A DNA stretch of 64,000 bases from NCBI GenBank assembly GCA_020628915.1, contig JAHDEI010000002.1, positions 7,153 to 71,152 of the forward strand, given 5' to 3'. Positions 50,008-58,959 of the stretch are shown here, one piece after another. This DNA is from Minisyncoccota bacterium. Its GTDB lineage: Bacteria; Patescibacteriota; Minisyncoccia; Phycocordibacterales; GCA-2747955. A model generated the notes under the pieces. The model was not told the origin of the DNA. It searched no databases and was given only the letters and a program-made list of their open reading frames with translations. Both the position numbers and the translations under genes were made by a program. Numbering within the stretch: the stretch's first letter is position 1; each line of letters starts with the position of its first letter.

Positions 50008-50143
50008 AAAACAGCTCCCAAGAGAGCTGTTTTTGAAATTCATAAATAGTTTAAGTAAACACCAAAAACAACCCTCTACGCAGAGCTTCTTTCTCGCCAC
50101 ACATGATTTGTTTTGGTGAAAATCATATCTTGATAATACCGCA
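50008..50143 (-). promoter_or_regulatory. leader-peptide attenuator (uORF 50126-50076 MIFTKTNHVWRERSSA; antiterminator/terminator)
   Basis: TATTAT -10 six nt before ATG; agagggttgtttttg can pair with caaaaacagctctct, the 5' arm of the cagctc/gagctg terminator. Confidence 0.6.
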
Positions 50144-50158
50144 TGTATGAGCAAAAAC

Positions 50159-50184
50159 AAACGCGCCCTTCCGGGCGCGTTATT
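50159..50184. repeat. terminator palindrome, copy 2 (ftsH terminator)
   Basis: Identical to 49153-49178. Confidence 0.85.
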
Positions 50185-50186
50185 TT

Positions 50187-52157
50187 TTATTTCTTTACTA
50201 CTTTTTTCTTTGTTGTAGTTTTTGCTGTCGTCTTCTTCGAGAGCTCTGAGTATCCTTTTGGTTTCAACATCGCACGATTCTTAAGAGGAACTTTGTATTC
50301 CCTCAGAATATCTTCGTACTCATCTCGTTCTAATGTCTCTACTTCTAAAAGATGGTTTGAAATTCCATGCAAAGCTTTTTCATATTTCTTAAGCGTTTTC
50401 CTAGTTAAATCAAACGCCTCTTTCATGATCCGGGCAACTTCTTCGTCTACTAGTTTTTGTGTGGCACCTGATAGTTTCGTTCCATCCATTCCTCCACCTG
50501 AGACAACTGCTCGACCTTCTAGTGCAAGCACTCCTACTTTTTCTGACATACCGTATTTCACCACCATGTCACGTGCAATCCCTGTAGCAACCTGCAGGTC
50601 ATTCGATGGACCAGTTGATACATCGCCAAAAATTGTCTCTTCTGTAACATATCCACCCAGTGCAACTGCAATTTCTGCCAAGAAATCCTTTTTGGTTCTC
50701 ATTTTTCTGTCTTCGTCAGGAATAGACAGTGTGTACCCTGCAGCACGACCACGAGAAACGACAGTGACTTTGTGAATCGGATTTGCATGCTCGAGTACTG
50801 ACCCCATCAATGCATGTCCCACTTCGTGGTATGCAGTTACCCTTTTTTCTTCCTCTGAAAGAATATGAGATTTTCTTTCTGGCCCTAGCATTACTTTTTC
50901 GATAGATCGAATCAAATCGTATTGAGAAACCTTTTTGCGTTCTTCCCTAGCTGCCAAAATAGCACCCTCATTCATTAGTGAATACAGATCAGCACCTGAG
51001 AAACCTGGTGTTCTCTTTGCAATTACCTCTAGGTCTACATCTTCGGTTAGAGGCTTTTTGCGTGCGTGAATTTCCAAAATAGCTTTCCTATCGTGTACGT
51101 CTGGTAAATCAATAACTGTACGGCGATCAAATCGTCCTGGTCGCAACAGTGCTGGATCCAAGATTTCTGGCCTGTTTGTCGCAGCCATTACGATCACCTT
51201 TTCTGTCTTATCAAAACCGTCCATTTCAACAAGAATTTGGTTCAATGTTTGTTCCCGCTCATCGTTTCCTCCGCCTGTACCCCCACCTCTGGTTCGTCCA
51301 ATCGCGTCAATCTCATCAATAAAAATAATTGCTGGCGATTCTTTCTTCGCGTTTTTAAATAGGTCACGTACACGTGATGCACCAACCCCAACAAACATCT
51401 CAACAAATTCTGAACCAGATACTGAGAAAAATGGGACTTTCGCTTCCCCTGCTACTGCCCGAGCAAGCAATGTCTTACCCGTTCCTGGTGCTCCCATCAT
51501 CAAAACACCCTTTGGAATTTCTGCTCCAATATCGTGAAATTTCTTTGGATTCTTGAGGAAGTCTACAATTTCTGTCAGCTCTTCTTTTGCCTCTTTTGCT
51601 CCTGCTACATCCTTGAATGTAATACGATTTTTAGAATCTTTTGGATCAATGAATTTAGCTCGTGATTGACCAAACGTAAATGCCTGCATCGCTCCTCCGC
51701 CACCAGCACCTTTTGAAGTCCGCATAAAGAACCAGAAAATCATTCCTAAAAGTAAGAGTGGAAATAGAAATGGCATGAATCGCTCAAGGAACAGCACAAA
51801 ACCAGATGGATCGACCACCTTGATGTTTACTCCAGCGAGTGCCTCTTCGTTAACTCCCAAATTTTTGAGAGATTCAGACAAAGATGATTCTGACTCTTTC
51901 TTTGCTTCTCGCGTTTCTCCGCTTGTATAAGTAATATTTAATTTTTCTCGCTCAACATCAATCCCTGATACTGCGCCTACATTAATAGATTTTGCTACTT
52001 CAGAAAGCGCAACTTTCTCATCTTGCTGGTTTTCTGAAACAATAGAAAATAGCATGATAATTACTGCAAAAAATAGCAGTACTGTCATCACTTGTGAAAA
52101 TAACTGTTTTTTAATGTCTTCTGGTTTCTTAACTGGTTTCTTTTTTTGTTGTGCCAT
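50187..52157 (-). CDS. ftsH: ATP-dependent zinc metalloprotease FtsH
   Basis: Two [27 protein letters not shown]. Confidence 0.98.
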   Translation of the reverse strand: MAQQKKKPVKKPEDIKKQLFSQVMTVLLFFAVIIMLFSIVSENQQDEKVALSEVAKSINVGAVSGIDVEREKLNITYTSGETREAKKESESSLSESLKNLGVNEEALAGVNIKVVDPSGFVLFLERFMPFLFPLLLLGMIFWFFMRTSKGAGGGGAMQAFTFGQSRAKFIDPKDSKNRITFKDVAGAKEAKEELTEIVDFLKNPKKFHDIGAEIPKGVLMMGAPGTGKTLLARAVAGEAKVPFFSVSGSEFVEMFVGVGASRVRDLFKNAKKESPAIIFIDEIDAIGRTRGGGTGGGNDEREQTLNQILVEMDGFDKTEKVIVMAATNRPEILDPALLRPGRFDRRTVIDLPDVHDRKAILEIHARKKPLTEDVDLEVIAKRTPGFSGADLYSLMNEGAILAAREERKKVSQYDLIRSIEKVMLGPERKSHILSEEEKRVTAYHEVGHALMGSVLEHANPIHKVTVVSRGRAAGYTLSIPDEDRKMRTKKDFLAEIAVALGGYVTEETIFGDVSTGPSNDLQVATGIARDMVVKYGMSEKVGVLALEGRAVVSGGGMDGTKLSGATQKLVDEEVARIMKEAFDLTRKTLKKYEKALHGISNHLLEVETLERDEYEDILREYKVPLKNRAMLKPKGYSELSKKTTAKTTTKKKVVKK

Positions 52158-52226
52158 AGTTTTTTATTTGAATCGCTATTATAGCAAATATAAAAAAGCG
52201 AACCGAATCGGTTCGCTTTTGTCGCA

Positions 52227-52763
52227 TCATGCAACAGCTAATTGGTCCAGAACATGTGGTTTGCAAATCTCCCAAATGTCTCTGAATATCTTGATGAGCT
52301 TCATCACACCAAGATTCAAAGCATACATGCAGCTTTGCATCCCCATGTTGCCCCGTTTTTTATACAAAGCAGCACGTTCGCTAAAAATGGTGTAAAAATG
52401 CTCGAAGAGTGCGACGTGTGAATCATAGCGCAGCTTTGCAGTCATCTCTCCAGCTGCGCGCATGTCAGTGTATGTATCCAATGCTGTATTGGCCGGAAAG
52501 ACAATTTCTCGATTGAGTCCGTCTTGTCTGGTTTGAGCATATTCAAAGCTGTGGACCAGAACCCCTACCTCTTCTGCCGCCTGATCAAGAAGGTCAGAAA
52601 GTTGCTCGTACCCTCGATCATTGTCTGCGTCAGCATCAGCTGCTAGTTGCGCAGCGAGGCCTTCACAATATTGTTGCAACGATTCGTATGAGAGGCTGAC
52701 TATGTCTTCAGCCATTTCGGTCACCGAACCATAATATGCAAGAGTCGTCTTATATATTTTCAC
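52227..52763 (-). CDS. hypothetical protein with two internal helical repeats
   Basis: Repeat Y.G....A..I..L.Y....F.......D..RG; ends WEICKP. Confidence 0.7.
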   Translation of the reverse strand: MKIYKTTLAYYGSVTEMAEDIVSLSYESLQQYCEGLAAQLAADADADNDRGYEQLSDLLDQAAEEVGVLVHSFEYAQTRQDGLNREIVFPANTALDTYTDMRAAGEMTAKLRYDSHVALFEHFYTIFSERAALYKKRGNMGMQSCMYALNLGVMKLIKIFRDIWEICKPHVLDQLAVA

Positions 52764-52765
52764 GA

Positions 52766-53263
52766 CTATGCAGCCATTTTTATATAATAAGGTTCACAGA
52801 TTGTGTTTATCTTATGAACATCATTAGTGATATGCTGCAGGGCAATATCGACGTCTGCCGCTGGCTGCTTGTACTGCACGTTGGTTTTCAACCTAGTAGC
52901 CAAAGCTAGCTGGTAATAACCAAAGAATGCCAGAAGTGCATCGTAGCGCAAATTGCCAACATCTCGTGATAGCGGCCCCATGCCTGGATGGTATTCTCTC
53001 AAGCGCTTGAGCCCATCATTATTTTTTTGAGCCAGTGCAACTAGTGGTTTTGCCAACGCAGGAACCTTTGTTCCTCCAAGTCTCTGCAAGAAATTTGCGA
53101 GGCGAACCCTGCCTTGGTCTCTGTCGGTTAGAGAGTCATTATGGAACTTATTTGCCAGTAGCTCAATAAATCGAACCTGACGTTTGAAAGTCATATTCGC
53201 CATATCGTCCGCAAATTGCTTTACGTCAGAATATGTTCCGACTGTTAGTGGATGTGTGGCCAT
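52766..53263 (-). CDS. hypothetical protein, paralog of 52227-52763
   Basis: DVGNLRYDALLAFF, D.DQGR..LA..L, ICEPY; AAGGAGG RBS. Confidence 0.7.
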   Translation of the reverse strand: MATHPLTVGTYSDVKQFADDMANMTFKRQVRFIELLANKFHNDSLTDRDQGRVRLANFLQRLGGTKVPALAKPLVALAQKNNDGLKRLREYHPGMGPLSRDVGNLRYDALLAFFGYYQLALATRLKTNVQYKQPAADVDIALQHITNDVHKINTICEPYYIKMAA

Positions 53264-53350
53264 GTGTGCCTCCTTTGTAAATATCCTAACAAAAGAATAC
53301 CATTTTTTTACATTATGTAAAGAGCACCAACATATTGTTGGTGCTTTGTA

Positions 53351-53746
53351 TTATTTTTTCTTTGTTTGTTTTTCTCCACCGAGAACATTTCCAATCAGGC
53401 TAGCAAGTGCAGAAACACCCGACTGACCAAGGCTCAGTAGCCCGCCGATATTTTGTAGCGCATAGCCCAACATCCAACGCTTAGTTCCTTTCTTGCTTGT
53501 GGCGGTCAGGATAGTACCAAAATTGGTGAAATGAGAAACGAGCTTATCAACCGACAAAGTACTCAGTGTCTTGAAAAAGTCAGCAACTGACCCTGAACCT
53601 TCCTCGCCTGATTTTATTCCAGGGAAATTTTCCTGAATTAAATCGGAACACACATTACAAAAGTTTGCATTTTCGAAAACAGTGATATGTGTACGCCCCT
53701 CCGTCCCTGCTGATTGACTACATAGTGAACAACAGACTTGTGTCAT
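53351..53746 (-). CDS. protein with ClpX-type C4 zinc finger
   Basis: CSLC-x20-CNVC..LI at N-terminus; AAGGAG RBS. Confidence 0.6.
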   Translation of the reverse strand: MTQVCCSLCSQSAGTEGRTHITVFENANFCNVCSDLIQENFPGIKSGEEGSGSVADFFKTLSTLSVDKLVSHFTNFGTILTATSKKGTKRWMLGYALQNIGGLLSLGQSGVSALASLIGNVLGGEKQTKKK

Positions 53747-53790
53747 TGCTAATCTCCTTCTTTGCTATAATGACTGCAACGGATTATATC

Positions 53791-54258
53791 ATGTCTATAC
53801 TGATTTCAAACAAAAAAGTCAAGAAAGACTTTGGAATATTCGAGACATTCACTGGCGGCTTAGCTCTGACGGGCCAAGAAGTCAAATCTCTCAAGAACAA
53901 CCAAGGGACGCTCAATGGTGCTTTTTTAATACTGCGTGATAATCACAAACAGAATCCTGAATTATGGATCAAGCACTTCTCCATCCCGCCCTACCAGGTC
54001 AAAAACACAGGTGGTGGTTACGACCCTGAACGATTGCGAAAAGTTCTTGTTTCTAAGAAAGAAATAAATCAGATCCAGAAAGAGCTCAACAATAAAGGGA
54101 CCACTATCATTCCCCTGGCGGTTCACAATGCACGAAATCTCATCAAACTAGAATTTGGTCTTGCCCGAGGTAAGAAAAAATTTGATAAACGAGAAGATCT
54201 TAAAAAACGAGCGCAAAAAAGAGATTCTGAACGCGAAACAAAAGCATCTTTTAAATAA
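53791..54258 (+). CDS. smpB: SsrA-binding protein
   Basis: NKK, G..L.G.EVKS, R.RK.L..KKEI, GLARGKKKFDKRE. Confidence 0.95.
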   Translation: MSILISNKKVKKDFGIFETFTGGLALTGQEVKSLKNNQGTLNGAFLILRDNHKQNPELWIKHFSIPPYQVKNTGGGYDPERLRKVLVSKKEINQIQKELNNKGTTIIPLAVHNARNLIKLEFGLARGKKKFDKREDLKKRAQKRDSERETKASFK

Positions 54259-54355
54259 CATGAAAAGAAACATCTGTAAGTACAATGTTTGACAAATATG
54301 TAAAAATAAACTATAATATATAGAGACTATATTCACTTTTAGAGAGGGAATTGTA

Positions 54356-54910
54356 ATGAATATTTTTGAACCTTATAACTCGTCAATTGAATCTCCCCTC
54401 CCGGAAATTCGCCGAATCGCGTTTCGAACATTTAGTACCGCAATGTATGATCAGAAAATTTCAAGATCAGAGAAAAAGCAGGCGGAACAAACGACGGCAA
54501 CCCTACTGTATGAATACATTGCCAATCATCAAATCATCACGGGCAAAAAGTCTGAATACGCCGGATACATCTATTGTTATCTGGTCGCACGCCCTCAATC
54601 TCTTTTTGACGTCTTAATTGGTCGACTGAAAGGTCGCGTTGCGTTTCCAACACCAACAAAGGCGCTTTTGCTTGGTATTGCCAACGCTGAAGACATGGGA
54701 TGGAACCATCAGGAAATTGATGAAGAAATCAATGACCACTTTACATTTTTAGTAAACGATGTTCTGACCAATGCCATGAAGCAAATCGAGCCCGACCGGC
54801 TCGAGACGATAAAAAAGCAATACGAAGAAAAACAGCGACAATACGAAGAGGAGGCTCTGCGAGAAGCAGAGTGGCAATACGAAGACATGCGGTACGAATT
54901 CGAATCTTGA
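54356..54910 (+). CDS. hypothetical protein (orphan)
   Basis: TTGACA-N17-TATAAT, GAGGGA RBS. Confidence 0.65.
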   Translation: MNIFEPYNSSIESPLPEIRRIAFRTFSTAMYDQKISRSEKKQAEQTTATLLYEYIANHQIITGKKSEYAGYIYCYLVARPQSLFDVLIGRLKGRVAFPTPTKALLLGIANAEDMGWNHQEIDEEINDHFTFLVNDVLTNAMKQIEPDRLETIKKQYEEKQRQYEEEALREAEWQYEDMRYEFES

Positions 54911-55003
54911 TGAGATCTATCACCCGACCACTGTCGGGTGATTTTTTATGTTCAAAACTCAGAAAAGTACCTGGGTGATATAATAAAATACTCCCTAGAC
55001 TGT

Positions 55004-55468
55004 ATGAAAAGTAAAATAGACAGTGAAAAAATTTTATCAAACAGCAAGACCAGTTGGTTGCTGGTTTTGGCGATTTTCATAACAACACTTGCCTACTTTG
55101 GCTTGACTTCAATCAAGCAAATCCCTGAGCAGACCAAGCAGCTGACCTATGAAACACGGGCCGTTAATATTGATGGTCGAACTCTGAACCTTATAGTCTC
55201 TGACACGCACGAAAAAAGGGTGCTAGGTTTGTCTGGCAGATCTAGCCTTGATGGTGCCGATGGTATGCTCTTTGTGTTTGACTCCCCTGACCTGCATGGC
55301 ATCTGGATGAAAGACATGATAATGACCATAGATATATTTTGGTATGACGACCGGTGGAATAAGGTTCACGAAATCCTCTCTGCGAGCCCAGAGAGTTACC
55401 CAGAAGTCTTCAAGCCCGAAACTCCAGCTTTCTACGTCGTAGAAATCCCAACCAAAAAACTCCCGTAG
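55004..55468 (+). CDS. DUF192 family protein
   Basis: DT...R..GLSGR..L....GMLFVF......WMKDM...IDI, YVVE. Confidence 0.88.
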   Translation: MKSKIDSEKILSNSKTSWLLVLAIFITTLAYFGLTSIKQIPEQTKQLTYETRAVNIDGRTLNLIVSDTHEKRVLGLSGRSSLDGADGMLFVFDSPDLHGIWMKDMIMTIDIFWYDDRWNKVHEILSASPESYPEVFKPETPAFYVVEIPTKKLP

Positions 55469-55478
55469 GGAGTTTTTG

Positions 55479-56600
55479 CTAACGAATCGAGGTATAACCA
55501 TTTGTGAGCCCTTCCTTACTCAGAACCAACTGCCATAAAGAAATTCTACGAGCTCGGAACAAAGCAGAACAAACCAAGAGATAATATGTCCACATTCTGT
55601 AAAACCGGTCACTGTAATCTTTTTTTAATTTAGGCCATGCTTTTTCGAAATTGTTGTACCACGCAGTGAGAGTTTTGTCATAATCTGGGCCAAAATTATG
55701 CCAATCTTCCATAACAAATAGTCCGCTCATTGCTGTTCCAACTTGTTCTACAGATGGAATTAATCCGTTTGGGAAAATATATTTATCAATCCATGGATCC
55801 CCTGCTTTGGCACTCTCGTCACGTCCAATGGTGTGCAACAAGAAAAGACCATCATCTTTGAGCAACTCTTTTACTTTTTCAAAATACACTCGATAATTTT
55901 TGTATCCCACATGCTCGAACATCCCAATGGAAACAATATGGTCAAACCCTTCTTTATCTTGATAATTTCGATAGTCTTCAACTACAAATTCAACTGGTAA
56001 ACCTTCACATCGCTTGGCACCAAGCTTTGCTTGTTCCACAGAAACAGTGAGTCCTACACATATTGCACCATATTTTTCGGCTGCAAATTTCATAAAACTA
56101 CCCCATCCACACCCAATATCCAAAACACGATCTCCTTCTTTCAGACCAATCTTTTTACAAACTAAATCTAACTTCGCCTCCTGTGCCGCATCTAGATCTT
56201 GTGCGTCTTTCCAGTATGCACAGGTATACACCATACGGCTGTCTAACATTTTCTCGTACAGTGCGTTGCCAATATCATAGTGCTCTTGCCCTACCTGAAA
56301 TGATCTTTTTTTACTCTGCAGGTTAACCAGCTTTGCTTTAGTAACGTGCCCTACTAGAGAGAGTGGGTTAATTTGCTCGTCTATATTTGCTCGTACCACC
56401 TTGGTTACCACAGCTGCTAGGTCATCTGCATCCCACCATCCATCCATGTAACTTTCGCCCAAAGCCAAAGAACCACCAGCCAAAATTCGTGAGAAAAAAT
56501 CATTATTATGAACAATAATGTCTGCAGGCTCAGATTTACTCGTAGAAATAGTAATTCCTGCGATCTTTGCTAATTCCAATACCTTTTCTTGTGCGTTCAT
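55479..56600 (-). CDS. cfa: cyclopropane-fatty-acyl-phospholipid synthase
   Basis: LGESYMDGWW, HYDIGN..Y, M.YTCAYW, LDIGCGWG, SIGMFEHVG, YIFPNG. Confidence 0.95.
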   Translation of the reverse strand: MNAQEKVLELAKIAGITISTSKSEPADIIVHNNDFFSRILAGGSLALGESYMDGWWDADDLAAVVTKVVRANIDEQINPLSLVGHVTKAKLVNLQSKKRSFQVGQEHYDIGNALYEKMLDSRMVYTCAYWKDAQDLDAAQEAKLDLVCKKIGLKEGDRVLDIGCGWGSFMKFAAEKYGAICVGLTVSVEQAKLGAKRCEGLPVEFVVEDYRNYQDKEGFDHIVSIGMFEHVGYKNYRVYFEKVKELLKDDGLFLLHTIGRDESAKAGDPWIDKYIFPNGLIPSVEQVGTAMSGLFVMEDWHNFGPDYDKTLTAWYNNFEKAWPKLKKDYSDRFYRMWTYYLLVCSALFRARRISLWQLVLSKEGLTNGYTSIR

Positions 56601-56679
56601 AGTAATGCATTTTACGCAAACAAGAACACTTTCGCAATGCATTGACCTGATTTCCAAAGCACCCTATAATGCGGCCATT

Positions 56680-57087
56680 GGGGATGACGGGCTTTGACAA
56701 TTTAGTTTCGAACTTTGTGCAATGCGACTTTTCCAGGTTTCGTAAAAAACTGGGATACCTTTACGTGCAAACGCTAAAGACAACGCGGTGGCTAGCCCAT
56801 ACGCACCTGCATTTGCTTTTGCTTAAGAGTTGAGCCTTTTGGCTCCTCGATGTAGGCGGTTTTCGTGATAGGTGCTAAGACTACACGTTAGCTGTTATCT
56901 TGCTTAGCTAGTGAATATGTGGCTGCTTCATATTCATGAAATCACACGCAGCTGGTTTTTCTAGAGTTTTGATTAATTTATATCTAGGAAAATAAGATGA
57001 TTCCCTAGGGAATCAAAAATTACTCTATCATTGTAGAGTCAATTTCTCGGACTATCTTGGACGGGGGTTCAACTCCCCCCTTCTCCA
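56680..57087 (+). ncRNA. ssrA: tmRNA; tag peptide (A)ANAKDNAVASPYAPAFAFA* at 56767-56826
   Basis: 5' GGGGATG..TTGAC, tag ORF ending AFA-TAA, 3' GACGGGGGTTCAACTCCCCC..CTCCA; TTGACC-N17-TATAAT promoter; smpB nearby. Confidence 0.93.
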
Positions 57088-58636
57088 CATCAAGGGTGTC
57101 ACTGTCACCTAATCGCTCAAAAAGCCTTAAAATTACAGTCTTTTCAGGGGTTCGATAACCGTTTTCTTTGTCATATCTCAGATTCGCTTCAAAAAAGAAC
57201 GGAAACACCTCATGTTTTTGTTCGAGATTTCCTGTAACCCATAGCTGATAAGGGTTTCTCATCATTTCTAATACTTCATCTAGAGCGTTCCGATAAGGTT
57301 TTTCAAGATCTGGTTTTTTACTCTTCTTTTCCTCAATAAGAGCTAATTTTTGTGCATCCTCCTCCATCCGTAAAGACAATCTATCTTTTACTGCATCAGA
57401 AGTCTTTGGATCAATCAACATATCTTCAATACGCCTTAGACTCTCTTGAATGCTTTCTCCTTGCTTCTCAAGGCTTAAAATGCGTTTGTCTAGGTTCTTA
57501 AACTCATCTTTCCAGTATGTATCAAACATATACTTTATAAGCTCTTCGAACTCTTGTTTTGACTTCAGTGAGCACGTGAACTCTTCAAATCCCTTATGAA
57601 GGTCATCCCTCCTAATACTCTTGTTCTTAAATGGACAATCAGGAGTGTATTTGCACTCGTAGTAGTAATAATAATCCCCATGTCGACCTTTCGATTTATA
57701 CCCCGTTAACTTGCGTCCACAATGAGAACAATTCACCAAACCTCGTAAGGGAAAATCTGGATTAAGATCCATTCGTGAATAACGGGTATTTGACTCCTTG
57801 TTTAGTCGCTTTTGAATAGCCTCAAAAGTTTCCAAGCCAATAAGTGGTTCATGTTTTCCTTTTACCATCTTCACTTCCCATTTTGGATAATCAATATATC
57901 CTGCGTAAAACACATTAGTAAGCATCGCCTTGATGGTTTTCAAATATTTCTCAGACTTATGTCGAGGTAATTTCCCTTTTTGTGGGAAAAAATCTTTTGA
58001 CAACAGAAAATCTACCACATCCACCTGCTTTGCAAACCTTCGTGAAGCAAAACCTTCCAAAGCTTCCTTAATACTCTTTGCATCTTTGTTTGGGTGACAT
58101 AGCTTCCCATACTCTTCGGTTTTTATCATCTCGTATCCCTTTGGAGCATGAAATGACCACAAACCTCTCTCTAAACGTGCTTTTTGTTTCTGAACCACCT
58201 GTCTTTTATTTTGCTTTCGCTCTAACTCACCTTGAGCAGCAATTATAATCTCAACGAATTCTCCTTCTGGAGTATCTTCAAAGTTAAAGTTGAGACACTG
58301 GACTTCTGTGCTCGTCGATCTAAATTGTTGCCGCAACTTTAAATGAGCAACAGTGTCTCTGGCAAGTCGCTTCAAGTCATCGAAAACGACAACGTAATCT
58401 TCATGAATATTTGTCTCAAGATACTCAATCAACTCTCTCATGGCGGGACGACCCATAAAATCACCGCCTCCAGTAAAACTATCTCTGAATACATCCACCA
58501 CTTGGTAATCCTTCCTTGTGCAGTAATCTCTACATCGTTTTTCTTGTGATTCTAATCCTGATCCTTCCGTTCTTTGCTTGTCAGTTGATACTCGGCAATA
58601 AATCAGTGCTCTTTTTTTTGTTTTAATATTACTCAT
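57020..58636 (-). CDS. large serine recombinase (integrase); last 20 codons are antisense tmRNA
   Basis: YCRVSTDKQ, D.FTG...RP, D..RLAR, recombinase domain HEPLI, zinc ribbon C..CG...YYEC, coiled coil. Confidence 0.93.
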   Translation of the reverse strand: MSNIKTKKRALIYCRVSTDKQRTEGSGLESQEKRCRDYCTRKDYQVVDVFRDSFTGGGDFMGRPAMRELIEYLETNIHEDYVVVFDDLKRLARDTVAHLKLRQQFRSTSTEVQCLNFNFEDTPEGEFVEIIIAAQGELERKQNKRQVVQKQKARLERGLWSFHAPKGYEMIKTEEYGKLCHPNKDAKSIKEALEGFASRRFAKQVDVVDFLLSKDFFPQKGKLPRHKSEKYLKTIKAMLTNVFYAGYIDYPKWEVKMVKGKHEPLIGLETFEAIQKRLNKESNTRYSRMDLNPDFPLRGLVNCSHCGRKLTGYKSKGRHGDYYYYYECKYTPDCPFKNKSIRRDDLHKGFEEFTCSLKSKQEFEELIKYMFDTYWKDEFKNLDKRILSLEKQGESIQESLRRIEDMLIDPKTSDAVKDRLSLRMEEDAQKLALIEEKKSKKPDLEKPYRNALDEVLEMMRNPYQLWVTGNLEQKHEVFPFFFEANLRYDKENGYRTPEKTVILRLFERLGDSDTLDVEKGGVEPPSKIVREIDSTMIE

Positions 58637-58716
58637 AGTTAATTTTATCCATCAAATATTTGATTCTTTGCAGGAACTCCTGAAACTCTATGCTTTCCAT
58701 ATCTCTTTTTATTTGT

Positions 58717-58875
58717 TTAATTTTGATAAACATCAAATTCTGCAGTGCTCTCATGAAATCTATTATGAACACGAGTATAGACGAAATTAGCAAGGAAAAG
58801 CAGCTCTTCTTCTCGAATATCTACACCCATTCTCTCTGCCCTCATCTGAAAGTCTTTTAATGTCTTCTCGTTCAT
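58717..58875 (-). CDS. 52-aa hypothetical protein upstream of integrase
   Basis: Manual ORF MNEKTLKDFQMRAERMGV...; below track cutoff. Confidence 0.35.
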   Translation of the reverse strand: MNEKTLKDFQMRAERMGVDIREEELLFLANFVYTRVHNRFHESTAEFDVYQN

Positions 58876-58959
58876 CTCGCTTAATTTGATAAACAAACTA
58901 TTTAGTTTGCTCTCTAATTAAACTAAGATACGAGTATTAAATAAGGTTCAAATTAAACA

